Shown in pieces: positions 38,462 through 49,232 of a stretch of 64,000 bases of DNA. The stretch is from Waterburya sp. Lineage in GTDB: Bacteria > Cyanobacteriota > Cyanobacteriia > Cyanobacteriales > Xenococcaceae. The position numbers and the translations under genes were made by a program. The stretch covers positions 384,001-448,000 of the forward strand of contig CBDCJV010000002.1 in the NCBI GenBank assembly GCA_965217895.1. The letters are read 5' to 3'. Numbering within the stretch: position 1 is the first letter of the stretch; each line of letters starts with the position of its first letter. The notes under the pieces were generated by a model, which saw only the letters and a list, made by a program, of their open reading frames with translations, was not told the origin of the DNA and made no database searches.

Positions 38462-39166
38462 ATGAAAAAAATTACCTTTAAAAAATTTATCTATTGGTTA
38501 TTAGGAGAAACAGCAGGAAGAACTTTAGTAGGAACTTGGAAATGGGCCTGGGGTCTACCTGTCGAACCTGGAGGCAAAATTGCTCAAAAAGTAGCACAAG
38601 AGTCTTTGCAGTCAATGCAAGAATCAGTTGCACAGCTAACGCAAGGGGTTTCTAAAGTAGTTGCTGGATATAAACTGACACAAGAAAGATATGACAAAAA
38701 ACAAAAAGAATTTCAAGAAGCCGAACAACAAGCAGAACTAGCTTATCGTCGGGGAGATGAAGAAGCAGCCAGGTTATTAATCACCAAAGCGATCGCGATT
38801 GAAAAAATAATGCCTCAGCTAAAGCAACAAGTAGAACAGGCTAAACAAATCGCCACGGCAGCAACAGAAAAACTGAAAAAAGAAAAAGAAAAAATCCAAG
38901 CTTATCAATTGGATATGGCAAATCTGAAAGCCGTATCGGAACTAAATGAAATTATGGCAAATATTCATGGCATTACTACAGAGTTAGATCTAGATTCGGC
39001 GCGATCGCAATTTGAAGAGGCACAAAACAGCATTGACGGAAGATACATCTGGGAAACTACCAAAGCTGAATTAGCAGAAGACGAAACCGAAAAAATACAA
39101 AACAGTATCGACAAGCTATCCCTAGATGAACAAATCAACAGTCGTCTAGAAAAATTTAAACAGTAG
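38462..39166 (+). CDS. PspA/IM30 family coiled-coil protein
   Basis: AELAYRRGDEEAARL, long coiled coil, C-terminal INSRLEKFK. Confidence 0.8.
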   Translation: MKKITFKKFIYWLLGETAGRTLVGTWKWAWGLPVEPGGKIAQKVAQESLQSMQESVAQLTQGVSKVVAGYKLTQERYDKKQKEFQEAEQQAELAYRRGDEEAARLLITKAIAIEKIMPQLKQQVEQAKQIATAATEKLKKEKEKIQAYQLDMANLKAVSELNEIMANIHGITTELDLDSARSQFEEAQNSIDGRYIWETTKAELAEDETEKIQNSIDKLSLDEQINSRLEKFKQ

Positions 39167-39198
39167 AAAAAATCGAGTTTACGGAGAATGATTCAGTC

Positions 39199-40026
39199 AT
39201 GAATAATAAATCTAAATCTAGAAAAGCCCCTCCACCAATTGTGTTTATTTTACTGGGCTTAATTATTTTTGGTGGAATCAGTTTAGTCAAGAAAAATCAT
39301 CAGCCAATAAGTAATTTATTGCCATCAATAGATCAATTTCAATCGTTAGAAAAACGCTTTAGTCTCGGAGAATATTTATTAATTCCAGCAAATGCAACTA
39401 ATGAAAAAAAAGAGGGAATTAACGCCTTCGCCGTTCGAGATTACCAAGGTGCAGCCAAACTTTTTCAAGCATCTCTAAAACAATTTCCTAACGATCCAGA
39501 AACGTTAATTTATTTGAATAATGCTACGGTAGCTACTTTAAATCGCGTCAAAATTGCCGTTGTCGCTCCCATCGGTAGCGATTTAAATCTGGCGCAAGAA
39601 ATGCTAAGAGGAGTAGCACAGGCACAAGATAAATTTAATTCTCAAGATGGTAACTTGCAGGTTGAAATTGTCAACGATCAAAACAAACCAGAAATTGCTA
39701 AACAGGTGGCAGCTGTACCCTGGCATATAGAAGGCAATACTAATCCTGACTTTATTCAAGCAGCAAATAGTCTTTGGAAAGGGAAAGTTAACTGGCGTAC
39801 AGCCATGGCTTATGATGCGACTCAAGCATTGATTGCAGGTATTAAAGCTAACCCTAGTCGTCAAGGCATACAGCAAACTTTATCAAAAGCTGACTTTTCA
39901 ATAACTGGTGCGTCAGGAACAATTAAGTTTTTACCTTCAGGCGATCGCAATCAGGCGGTTGATTTAGTCAAAGTTGAAGTCGATTCTAATTCTGAATTTG
40001 GCTATTCTTTTGTGCCTGTAAATTAA
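39199..40026 (+). pseudogene. LivJ-type substrate-binding protein with a large in-frame internal deletion
   Basis: NDPETLIYLNN, EMLRGVAQAQ, then NDQNKPEIAKQVA joined directly to AVPWH...NWRTAMAYDA. Confidence 0.65.
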
Positions 40027-40180
40027 ATCTAAATTCTTGATTTTTTATCATCAAGACAAAACTCTGCATGCTAGTAATAAAAATAATACTAACATGAAAA
40101 GATGGGATTTAAATATTAATATTGGGTGCTAGGAATCATCCTCACAATTTAGTTTTTGTTACTTTAATGAGTTATTTATT

Positions 40181-40852
40181 ATGGATATAACTATTGTTAT
40201 CGTTTTTATAGTTATCAGTTTAATAGCTTATTACATATTTTGGCGAATTAATAAACGACGACGCGAAGCTTTGCTCAATTGGGCGCAGTCAAATGGCTGG
40301 AGTTACTATGAGCATAAAGATCGCCAAACCTATCGTCGTTATTGTTTCCTCAATCGATTACAGCAAGGCTCAAATCGCTATACGTTCGATATCCTTCATG
40401 GTAGATGGGATGGATATCCAGCAGAAGCATTTAATTTTCATTACTCAACAACAAGTTCAGATTCCAAAGGCAATCGTAGAACTCATCATCATTATTTAGG
40501 AGTAGTTTTAATTCAAATTGAGCTTAATTTTCCAAAGCTACTAATTTATCCAGAGAACTTGTTTCGGAAACTTAGTAATGCTTTGGGCTTTGGTGGAATT
40601 AAGTTTGAATCTGTAGAATTTTCTCGAAGATTTACTGTACGTTGTAACGATAAAAAATTTGCCTATGATTTTTGCAATACTAAAATGATGGATTATTTGC
40701 TAATGGTATCAGATATAGAACTTGAACTAGATGAAAATATAATTGCTCTATATCATGAACGCGGAAAAATTAATCCTGAAAAAATTAACGAGTCTTTAAT
40801 TATACTTTGTCAATTGCGACAATTAATGCCGAAATATTTATTTGAGAATTAA
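40181..40852 (+). CDS. Membrane-anchored DUF3137-like protein
   Basis: N-terminal TM; IKFESVEFSRRFTV; adjacent to lemA. Confidence 0.55.
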   Translation: MDITIVIVFIVISLIAYYIFWRINKRRREALLNWAQSNGWSYYEHKDRQTYRRYCFLNRLQQGSNRYTFDILHGRWDGYPAEAFNFHYSTTSSDSKGNRRTHHHYLGVVLIQIELNFPKLLIYPENLFRKLSNALGFGGIKFESVEFSRRFTVRCNDKKFAYDFCNTKMMDYLLMVSDIELELDENIIALYHERGKINPEKINESLIILCQLRQLMPKYLFEN

Positions 40853-41408
40853 GATGATAATCTACATAATTATAGGAAGCATAATTATCCTTGCTTTAAT
40901 CTTTATCTTTATTCACAATAATCTGGTTTCCGTTAGTAACCAATGTGATGAAGCATTGTCAAATATAGATACTGAATTAAAACGTCGCCACGATCTAATT
41001 CCTAATTTAGTTTCAGTAGTTAAAGGTTATGCTGTTCAGGAACAGTCTTTGCTACAAGAAATAGTCAGACTTAGAGAAATAGCGATTAATAATAGAGGTT
41101 CAGTTACATCACAAGCAGCAAGTGAATCTGCATTACAAAAATCTCTAGAAAATCTATTAGTACGTGTTGAAGCTTATCCCAATCTTAAAGCTAGTCAAAA
41201 TTTTTTAGAATTACAAAGGGAGTTAACTAACACAGAAGATCGTATTCAAGCAGCCTTACGATTTTATAACGGCAACGTTCGAGAGAATAATAATAATATT
41301 AGACAATTTCCATCAAATATAATTGCTAGTTTGTTTAACTTTAGTAGGCGTGAATTTTTTAAGCTTGAAGATATGGCAGCTAAACTTCCACCGACAGTTC
41401 AATTGTAA
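40842..41408 (+). CDS. lemA: LemA family protein
   Basis: LKRRHDLIPNLV, EAYPNLKA, TEDRI, FPSNIIA. Confidence 0.92.
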   Translation: MRIKMIIYIIIGSIIILALIFIFIHNNLVSVSNQCDEALSNIDTELKRRHDLIPNLVSVVKGYAVQEQSLLQEIVRLREIAINNRGSVTSQAASESALQKSLENLLVRVEAYPNLKASQNFLELQRELTNTEDRIQAALRFYNGNVRENNNNIRQFPSNIIASLFNFSRREFFKLEDMAAKLPPTVQL

Positions 41409-41514
41409 ATTAGACCTCTTTAATTTAATTGCCGCTATCTACAGCTACGAACTTGGTTTGAACTCAAATTAATAAGTGATCGCTGACAAATTAAATAATT
41501 ATCCATCTAATAAC

Positions 41515-41870
41515 ATGACTTTTTAAAAATCTGGCTGCGGTTGTTTAGCTATACTCAAAATAGGAATTGTTTTGATATTTGGAGGACTATATTTATTTAG
41601 TGGTAAAAAATAAACTCCTTTAGAAGAAGCAGAAGTAATTCCACAAGAAGCTATTGCCTCTGGTTATATTTCTACGGATACAGAAGATTGGTTGGAATTT
41701 GAAAAAACTGGCATATCTGAAGGTATTAATAATAATATCGAACAAATAAAAACTAAATTTATTGCCAACTCAGACCTTGTCTATTAAGAAGATATAAAGT
41801 CGTGGTTAGGAATTGGCGCATCTGCTAGTATGCCAAATAAATCTCAGCCTCAAATTGATTTGTTAGTACG
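41515..41870 (+). pseudogene. DUF3352-like gene fragment with three in-frame stops
   Basis: Manual translation MTF*KSGCGC...KK*TPLEEAEVIPQEAIASGYISTD...DLVY*EDIKSWLG. Confidence 0.5.
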
Positions 41871-41989
41871 GTTTAAATAGAACTTGTTTAGGGTAAACTT
41901 TCTTTCAGCTTTCAAAATGTCCCGTTTGACGTTTTCAACAGATCGATAAGGGTCAGGGAAGAATTGAGAAAAGCAACGCTGACTTTGCT

Positions 41990-42369
41990 TTTCTAGATTG
42001 AGAGTTACCTGAATGGCTTTGTGTGGCAACTATAACTAAAGTTGAATCAGAGAGACGACTGAAATATCAGACCCAATTTAGTACTAGATACTATATTTCT
42101 GACCTAACTGAATCGACATTTGAGTTCTATCAAAGGATTCGTGGCTACTGGGGTGTCGAAAATAAAGTTTATTATGTTCGCGATGTTACTTAAGAGGAAG
42201 ATAAGTCGAGAATCCGCATTACAATCTTGCCTCAAATTTCGGCGATCGCCAGAAATTTAGCTCTTAATTTGTACCGAGATTCTGGTTTTTCTAATATGGC
42301 TCAAGCAAAACGTCTTGGCCAATTTAATCTGGATCTTCTTTTTGCTCCTTTTGGAATGAAATAGCCCTG
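41990..42369 (+). mobile_element. ISAs1-family remnant with right end
   Basis: RYYISDL...IRGYWGVENKVYYVRDVT*EEDKSRIR...ARNLALNLYR; ends TGAAATAGCCCTG. Confidence 0.8.
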
Positions 42370-42509
42370 GTTTTTTTCTAGTAATTTATACTTTTAAAAC
42401 TCAATTTAGTTGAAGTTCTCTACTTTTTTAGGGATTGAAATTAGATCGAGCTATTTCTTATTCTGAATTTGACTTTAGCAAACTAAAAAAATATAGGCAA
42501 GAGTTTAAA

Positions 42510-43199
42510 ATGAAACAACATAATAATCAATTTTTGTTAATTTTCATAATAGTTTTATTAGCCAACTTCATTTTTCCCTTCTCAAACACTCAAGCCATCT
42601 TCATCACCAAAAGAATTTACTACTGAGTTATTTAACTATTGGGGAATAGATAAAGTCGATCAAGATAATAGAGTGCTGTTTTTAATTTCAGTTGGCGACC
42701 GCCGAACGGAAATTGAGATGGGGTATGGAATGACAGAAATTTTACCTGACGAAAAAGTTGATAATATTATCGATACTCAAATTATCCTCCAGTTTAAACA
42801 AAAGCATTTTGACGAAGGAACACTGGCGGGAACTAATGAGTTGATTACTGTAATTAAAGCCTCTGATAAAGCGGCGATCGCCGAGTTGTCTGCAATAATA
42901 AATTATTACCTTATCGTTCTGCTGTTTTTTGTGAGTCGTGTAGACAAAAGATGAAAAAACTCCAGCCGACTCAACTAGAAAATGAATTGAGTATGTCAGA
43001 AAAGATTGATCGCGAAATTAATGGTATTCAATTTGAAGGTTGGAGATGTCTTTACTGTAGTTCTGAGCCTGTTTTAATTAGCTTCAAAAATCGCGCTCTT
43101 AATAATAGACGTGGTAGAAGTAGTAGCAGCAGCAGCAGCAGTAATATTAGTAGTAGCGGTAGCTTTGGTGGCGGAAGTAGTGGTGGCGGTAGTTGGTAA
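42510..43199 (+). pseudogene. Fragmented TPM-domain membrane protein
   Basis: Signal-peptide-like piece, LFNYWGI..DNRVLFLISVGDRRTEIEMGYG, and SFGGGSSGGGSW tail in separate ORF fragments. Confidence 0.75.
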
Positions 43200-43339
43200 T
43201 CAAACTAAGTTGACCGCTTTGTTATCAGTTTAATCATCACTAGACGAAGAAATCTTTGAGATTTTAGGGATGCCTTTATACCGCCCGCTTCCGGTTTAGG
43301 AAGCTTGTCTTGGTGCGCGTACATACGCCTAAAGCCTTT

Positions 43340-43364
43340 GTCTTGCGCCTATTGACGACGCAGG
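43340..43364. repeat. Degenerate copy of the 25-nt dispersed repeat within a GC-rich repeat patch
   Basis: GTCTTGCGCCTATTGACGACGCAGG. Confidence 0.55.
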
Positions 43365-43433
43365 CTTCTACCGCTCCTAGTCTCCCAGTCCCCTACTCAA
43401 ACCTAACCATCCTATAATGATGCAACGCCCAGT

Positions 43434-46400
43434 TTATTTATTGCCTATAGTTAACTGGGTACTAGATTGTTGTTCACGGCGAGTTCCTAAAAACTTGCCT
43501 AGCCAACGCAAAAAGCTATCAACATAGGTAAATAATACAGGTACAACTACCAAAGTCAAAAGAGTAGAAGTGGTAAAACCGCCAATAACGGCGATCGCCA
43601 TTGGACTGCGAACTTCACCATCCGCACCTAGTTCTAGGGCAATGGGCAGCATTCCCGCCACCGTAGAAATTGAGGTCATCAAAATTGGACGTAAGCGCGA
43701 TACCCCAGCAGAAATAACCGCTTTACGCAGAGGTTTGCCTTCTTTGAGTCCTGCTAGGGCAAAGTCTACCAGTAGAATTGCGTTTTTGGTGACTAATCCC
43801 ATTAATAAGACAATGCCGATCAGGGCAAATAGTCCTAGTTCTTTTTGGGTAATTAATAATCCTAGAAGCGCGCCACCAATGGATAAAGGTAATGCCACCA
43901 AAATTGCGAAAGGATAAAGAAAATTATTATACAGCAGTACCAAGATGGCATAAATACATAAGATAGCTAAACCTAATGCCTCGCCAAAACGACCAAAGAT
44001 ATCCCGCATAATTTCTGCGTCTCCCGATGGTTCTTCTTTTACTTCGGGGGGTAAGTTTTTCATGGCAGGTAAAGCGCGAATTTTTGCGATCGCATCGCCC
44101 AAAGCCAGTCCCTGTAGGTTTCCTTCTACCGTCACCTGACGATTACGATTAAACCTTTCGATAGTGGCTGGACTACTTCCCAAGCTAATGGTGGCTACAG
44201 ATTTGAGCGGCACTAATGTCCCATCACGGCTTGGTATACGCAGATTATTGAGCGTCTCTATATCTTGACGTTTGGCAGGGTTTATCTGCACTCTAATCGG
44301 TATCTGGCGATCGCTTAGATTGAATTTCGCTAGGTCAAAATCGCTATTACCAATGGATGCCAAAGAAGCAGTACTGGCGATCGCCTGGACGGAAACTCCT
44401 AGATCTGCTGCCCTACGAGGATCGGGTTGGATAATAACTTCAGGTTCAACTAAGCTAGTACTAGAGGTAACTTCTACCAGTCCTGGTATTTCACGAGCTT
44501 GCTTTTCTAACTCATTAGCGGTTTTGACCAAGATCTCTGGATTGTTGCTGCGTAGAATCAGGGAAACATCTTTATCACTGCCTCCCGCCCCTTGACTCTG
44601 GAAACTGATTCTTGCTCCAGGAATGTTTATAAAGGCTTTTCTCATTTGGTCTTGAAACTCTTGTTGAGAAACTGACCTTTCGGTTTTTGGCAGCAGCTTA
44701 ACCGAGATCGTGGCTTTATCGATCTGATCATCTTGCCCTACCTCAGACAAGACACTTTTGATTACCGATTGCTTTTCTGACAATACTTGCTCTAGCTGTT
44801 TGACCACGGATTCGGTGCTTTCTAGTCTTGAACCAGGAGGTAACTCTACTTGGATAGTACTAAGTCCTGTGTCTCCACTGTCAAATAAGCCTTTAGGTAT
44901 ATAAGGAATTAGCTGCAAACTAGCAAAGAAAAATGCTCCTGCCAAAATTAAAGTGGTGATTCGATTTCTTAAAGCCAAATTAAGTACAAAGCGGTAGGGC
45001 TGAAATTTTGCCCCCGCATTTACGTCTAAATCTTGAGAAGAAGCAAATAAATTTGGTGTTGCCTTGGAAATTACTTCTTTATTCTCTCTACCGTAGGGAG
45101 TGATGTCATAACTCACCGCATTAAAAGCCCGAAAGCGAGGATATTTAAACGCTTGCTTCCTAGGCTTAAGTAGATAAGCACTTAACATTGGGGTAACAGT
45201 ACAGGCTACTAAAGTAGAAAACATGGTAGACACCGCCACCGTTACCCCAAAAGGTTGAAAATACTGCCCTGGAATACCGCCCATAAATGCCACAGGAATA
45301 AACACCGCCACAATAGTTGCAGTGGTAGCGACTACAGCTAAACCAATCTCTCTGGCTGCATCTAAAGCTGCCTGAAAAGGTTGCTTATTCATTTGCAGGT
45401 GGCGATCTATATTCTCGATCATACAGATTGCATCATCCACCAGATTACCAACGGCCAGTGCCAAAGCTAATAAACTCATGCTGTTAAGGGTATAGCCCAG
45501 AGTTTTCATTACCCAAAAGGTAGGAATGATAGACAGGGGTAAAGCTGTGGCGGTAATTAGAGTAACTCGCCAATCTCGCAGGAAGATCCCCACGGTCATT
45601 ACCGTCAGCAAACAGCCCAATACTAGGGCGTTAATTGTTCCTTGATAAGATGCGCGAATCTCATCAGCACGAGTAAAGATTAGCTGTAGCTTAACGTCTT
45701 TGGGAAGAGTGGTTTTTAATTGGGCAACTTCTTTTGTCACCGCTTCTTCTACGGAAACTAAAGTAGTCCCTGAACTACGTTTAACGGCAAAGCCGACTAC
45801 TGGCTGTCCATTAAGAAATGCTTTTTGTCTCGATTCTTCAAAGTTATCGGCAACTTCCCCAAAGTTAGACAGGGGAACAGTATCTCCATTGCCAAGTTCA
45901 ATTGGGTAAGCTTTTAAATCATTAACGGTTTTGGCACTACCTAAAGTACGCACGCTTTGCTCTCTACCGCCAACTTCCGATCGCCCTCCCGATAAATTAA
46001 GATTAAACTGGGCAATCTGCTCATCAATATCCGTGGCGGTAATTCCATAAGCCTGTAATCGTTCGGGGTCAAGATTTACCCTAATTTCTCGATCTACTCC
46101 TCCCAAACGGTCTACTTGTCCTACTCCCTCAACGTTGAGTATTTCGGGAATAATGGTCAGGTCTACTAGGTTACTAACCTCTTCCACCGAACGTTGAGCA
46201 GAAGAAACAGCATAAGTAACCACCGTACCGCCTGTAAACTGTAGCTTGTTTACCCTCGGCTCATCTATATCCTGGGGTAAATCGGGACGAATTTGGGAAA
46301 CAGCATTACGGACTTCATTAACGGCGCGATCGCTATCTACCCCTAAATCAAATTTAATTACGGTACTAGAGCTACCATCGGTAATAGTTGAGCTTAGTTC

Positions 46401-46640
46401 ATCGATCCCATCTAAATTAGCTACCGCGTCCTCAATCTTTTTGGTCACCTGAGTCTCTAATTCTGTTGGACTTACGCCCCTTTGGGTGGCATTGATAGTT
46501 ACAATCGGTACATCAATGTTAGGAGAATCATCAATTCCCAATGCCATAAAGGAAGTAATACCTATAACTCCTAAAATGAGAAATGTAACCACTGTGGGGA
46601 CAGGGTTTTTAATCGACCAAGATGAGAAATGGAAAGACAT
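43434..46640 (-). CDS. RND (AcrB-family) efflux permease
   Basis: GNLVDDAI, GLVTKNAILLVD, RLRPILMTS; 1068 aa. Confidence 0.93.
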   Translation of the reverse strand: MSFHFSSWSIKNPVPTVVTFLILGVIGITSFMALGIDDSPNIDVPIVTINATQRGVSPTELETQVTKKIEDAVANLDGIDELSSTITDGSSSTVIKFDLGVDSDRAVNEVRNAVSQIRPDLPQDIDEPRVNKLQFTGGTVVTYAVSSAQRSVEEVSNLVDLTIIPEILNVEGVGQVDRLGGVDREIRVNLDPERLQAYGITATDIDEQIAQFNLNLSGGRSEVGGREQSVRTLGSAKTVNDLKAYPIELGNGDTVPLSNFGEVADNFEESRQKAFLNGQPVVGFAVKRSSGTTLVSVEEAVTKEVAQLKTTLPKDVKLQLIFTRADEIRASYQGTINALVLGCLLTVMTVGIFLRDWRVTLITATALPLSIIPTFWVMKTLGYTLNSMSLLALALAVGNLVDDAICMIENIDRHLQMNKQPFQAALDAAREIGLAVVATTATIVAVFIPVAFMGGIPGQYFQPFGVTVAVSTMFSTLVACTVTPMLSAYLLKPRKQAFKYPRFRAFNAVSYDITPYGRENKEVISKATPNLFASSQDLDVNAGAKFQPYRFVLNLALRNRITTLILAGAFFFASLQLIPYIPKGLFDSGDTGLSTIQVELPPGSRLESTESVVKQLEQVLSEKQSVIKSVLSEVGQDDQIDKATISVKLLPKTERSVSQQEFQDQMRKAFINIPGARISFQSQGAGGSDKDVSLILRSNNPEILVKTANELEKQAREIPGLVEVTSSTSLVEPEVIIQPDPRRAADLGVSVQAIASTASLASIGNSDFDLAKFNLSDRQIPIRVQINPAKRQDIETLNNLRIPSRDGTLVPLKSVATISLGSSPATIERFNRNRQVTVEGNLQGLALGDAIAKIRALPAMKNLPPEVKEEPSGDAEIMRDIFGRFGEALGLAILCIYAILVLLYNNFLYPFAILVALPLSIGGALLGLLITQKELGLFALIGIVLLMGLVTKNAILLVDFALAGLKEGKPLRKAVISAGVSRLRPILMTSISTVAGMLPIALELGADGEVRSPMAIAVIGGFTTSTLLTLVVVPVLFTYVDSFLRWLGKFLGTRREQQSSTQLTIGNK

Positions 46641-46696
46641 ACTTTAAAGGATGAAGATTAATACACCATTGTATTTCAGTGTTTCAGGACGTTGAA

Positions 46697-46725
46697 AACA
46701 GTCTCTTATATTTGAAGAGGCTGTT
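46697..46725 (-). terminator. Hairpin after lepA
   Basis: AACAGTCTCTT-N7-AAGAGGCTGTT. Confidence 0.5.
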
Positions 46726-46799
46726 CTTTTCTATTCCCCTTAATCAGGGAATAATTAAAAAGTGCGATCGCCTTGATTAATTACTTCCTAAATTACAGA

Positions 46800-48611
46800 T
46801 TACTCCTTGCCTAATTTTAAAACTGCCATAAAAGCTTCTTGAGGTACATCTACCGTACCAATAGCTTTCATTCGCTTTTTACCCTTAGCTTGTTTTTGCA
46901 GCAGTTTCTTCTTACGAGAAATATCCCCGCCATAGCATTTAGCTAAAACATCTTTACGTAAAGCAGGAATATGTTCACTGGCAATTATTTTTGCGCCAAT
47001 TGATGCCTGTATAGGCACTTTGAACTGATGGCGAGGAATTAACTCTTTAAGTTTTTCGGTTAATGCTCGACCAACATAATAAGCTTTATCTCGATGAACG
47101 ATAGTTGATAAAGCGTCTACAGGATCTTTGTTTACCAAAATATCCAGCTTGACCAAATGATCGGCGCGATAGCCCAACATTTGATATTCCATGCTGGCAT
47201 AACCCTTGGTTCTTGACTTCATTTGATCGAAAAAGTCGGTAACCACCTCAGCTAAAGGCATCTCATAGACTACACAAGTGCGATTCTGGGCAAAATATTT
47301 CATATCCTTGAATATTCCCCGTCTGGTTTGACATAAATCCATCAAAGTACCGACGTAGTTTTCAGGAGTAATAATTTCTACTTTGATATAGGGTTCTTCA
47401 ATTTTTTCCCGTTTCTGAGGATCTGGTAAGAGGCTGGGATTGTCTATTTCTATTACCTCGCCATCAATGGTAGTAACGCGATAAATTACCGATGGAGCAG
47501 TGGTAATTAGTTCCAAATCATATTCTCGCTCCAGTCTTTCCTGGACAATTTCCATGTGCAGTAGACCTAAGAAACCGCAACGGAAACCAAAACCCATAGC
47601 ACTAGAAGTTTCTGGTTCATAGGAAAGAGCAGCATCATTAAGCTTAAGCTTCTCTAAAGCATCTCTCAAATCAGGATATTGATCCGAGTCTGTGGGAAAC
47701 AAGCCACAAAAAACCATCGGTTTTGCTTCGGTATAGCCAGGCAGAGGTTTGGCTGCCATCTCTTCAACTAGGGTGATGGTATCGCCAACGCGAGCATCTC
47801 CTACCGCTTTAATAGCAGCAGCAAAATAACCTACTTCCCCTGCATGAAGCTCTTCTACTTCTACTTGAGTAGGAGAAAGAACCCCAAGTTCATCAATTAC
47901 ATATTCTTTTTCTGATGCCATCAGGCGAACTAAATCACCTTTTTTGATTTTGCCGTCCATGACACGGAAATAAACTATCACCCCACGATAAGCATCATAG
48001 TAGCTATCAAAAATCAAAGCCCGTAAAGGTTGGTCTATGGTATCTTGTGGTGGTGGTACTTTTTGAACAATCGATTCTAAAATAGCATCGACTCCCAAAC
48101 CAATTTTTGCCGAGGCTTGAATGATATCGGTGCAGTCTAAACCTACTACTTCTTCTATCTCTTCGGCAACTCTTTCTGGTTCTGCACCTGGCAAATCAAT
48201 TTTGTTGAGTACGGGAATGATTTCTAAGTCGTTTTCTAAGGCTAAATAGACGTTGGCTAAAGTTTGTGCTTCGACTCCTTGAGAAGCGTCCACAACTAAT
48301 AACGCTCCTTCACAAGCTGCTAGAGAACGAGATACCTCATAGGTAAAATCTACGTGACCAGGAGTATCAATGAGATTTAAGACATATTTTTGCCCATCTT
48401 TGGCAGTGTAATTCATTCTGGCTGCCTGTAGCTTGATGGTTATTCCTCGCTCTCGTTCTAAATCCATATTGTCGAGAAATTGTTCTTTCATCTGTCTTTG
48501 TGCCACAGTGCCAGTGTTCTGCAACATTCGATCTGCAAGGGTAGACTTTCCATGATCGATATGGGCAATAATTGAAAAGTTACGAATACGAGAGACGGGA
48601 ACGTCAGTCAT
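46800..48611 (-). CDS. lepA: Elongation factor 4
   Basis: [45 protein letters not shown]. Confidence 0.98.
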   Translation of the reverse strand: MTDVPVSRIRNFSIIAHIDHGKSTLADRMLQNTGTVAQRQMKEQFLDNMDLERERGITIKLQAARMNYTAKDGQKYVLNLIDTPGHVDFTYEVSRSLAACEGALLVVDASQGVEAQTLANVYLALENDLEIIPVLNKIDLPGAEPERVAEEIEEVVGLDCTDIIQASAKIGLGVDAILESIVQKVPPPQDTIDQPLRALIFDSYYDAYRGVIVYFRVMDGKIKKGDLVRLMASEKEYVIDELGVLSPTQVEVEELHAGEVGYFAAAIKAVGDARVGDTITLVEEMAAKPLPGYTEAKPMVFCGLFPTDSDQYPDLRDALEKLKLNDAALSYEPETSSAMGFGFRCGFLGLLHMEIVQERLEREYDLELITTAPSVIYRVTTIDGEVIEIDNPSLLPDPQKREKIEEPYIKVEIITPENYVGTLMDLCQTRRGIFKDMKYFAQNRTCVVYEMPLAEVVTDFFDQMKSRTKGYASMEYQMLGYRADHLVKLDILVNKDPVDALSTIVHRDKAYYVGRALTEKLKELIPRHQFKVPIQASIGAKIIASEHIPALRKDVLAKCYGGDISRKKKLLQKQAKGKKRMKAIGTVDVPQEAFMAVLKLGKE

Positions 48612-48773
48612 AAAAATTTATTAGATTAATAATCTTTAAAAGTTAGTATTGTTATTTATTATAGGTGCGCATTTCTTGCCTGCTAAAATACCAGCAGAAT
48701 CATAACTCTATTGTAATGTTCATTTTTACCTATTTTCCAGTCAGATTACAGATTTACCTAAAGTTAATCTGTT

Positions 48774-49106
48774 TTGTGCTTAAGTTTTGGTTCAACAGGT
48801 AAAATGAAAATAAACCAATATGCAAAATTTATGAATGATGATTTACCCACATCAGAGCAATCTGATAGTTCCCCATTTGAGCCTAATTCTGCTCGCGAAA
48901 CAACATCTTCAGACAAAATTAGAGTATCTATCGACCTAGATCCAAAAGTTTTAGAGCAGATTAAGCATCTAACTAACAATCCAAATAGAGTAATTGAAAC
49001 AGCTATTAAGCAATGGCTTAATGGGGAAAGAGATGGCGAAACGGATTTAACTCGTACTTTTCAGCGTAATCCCCCTGTCCCACCTCAAGGGGAATGGAAT
49101 GATTGA
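48774..49106 (+). CDS. Small conserved protein, ribbon-helix-helix-like (true start probably MNDD at 48831)
   Basis: RVSIDLDPKVLEQI...VIETAIKQWL; C-terminal PPQGEWND. Confidence 0.5.
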   Translation: MCLSFGSTGKMKINQYAKFMNDDLPTSEQSDSSPFEPNSARETTSSDKIRVSIDLDPKVLEQIKHLTNNPNRVIETAIKQWLNGERDGETDLTRTFQRNPPVPPQGEWND

Positions 49107-49232
49107 AGGGATAAAGAATTGTAGTTGCTATAAATAACTTGAGCGAGCTATCAGCACTCTTAGCTTACTCAAGCTTATCGCTACCTTAGATATCTATAGG
49201 TTATAGTTTCAGGATAAAGCTCAATTTTTTCG

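Noticed and set aside
43570..46452. Antisense ORFs over the RND gene, and similar shadow ORFs at 2599, 2663, 7288, 9495, 10837, 17658, 24005, 26109, 29781, 37302, 39604, 40293, 48764, 53977, 54888, 56660 and 61864
   Set aside because: They overlap better-supported genes and show no recognisable motifs
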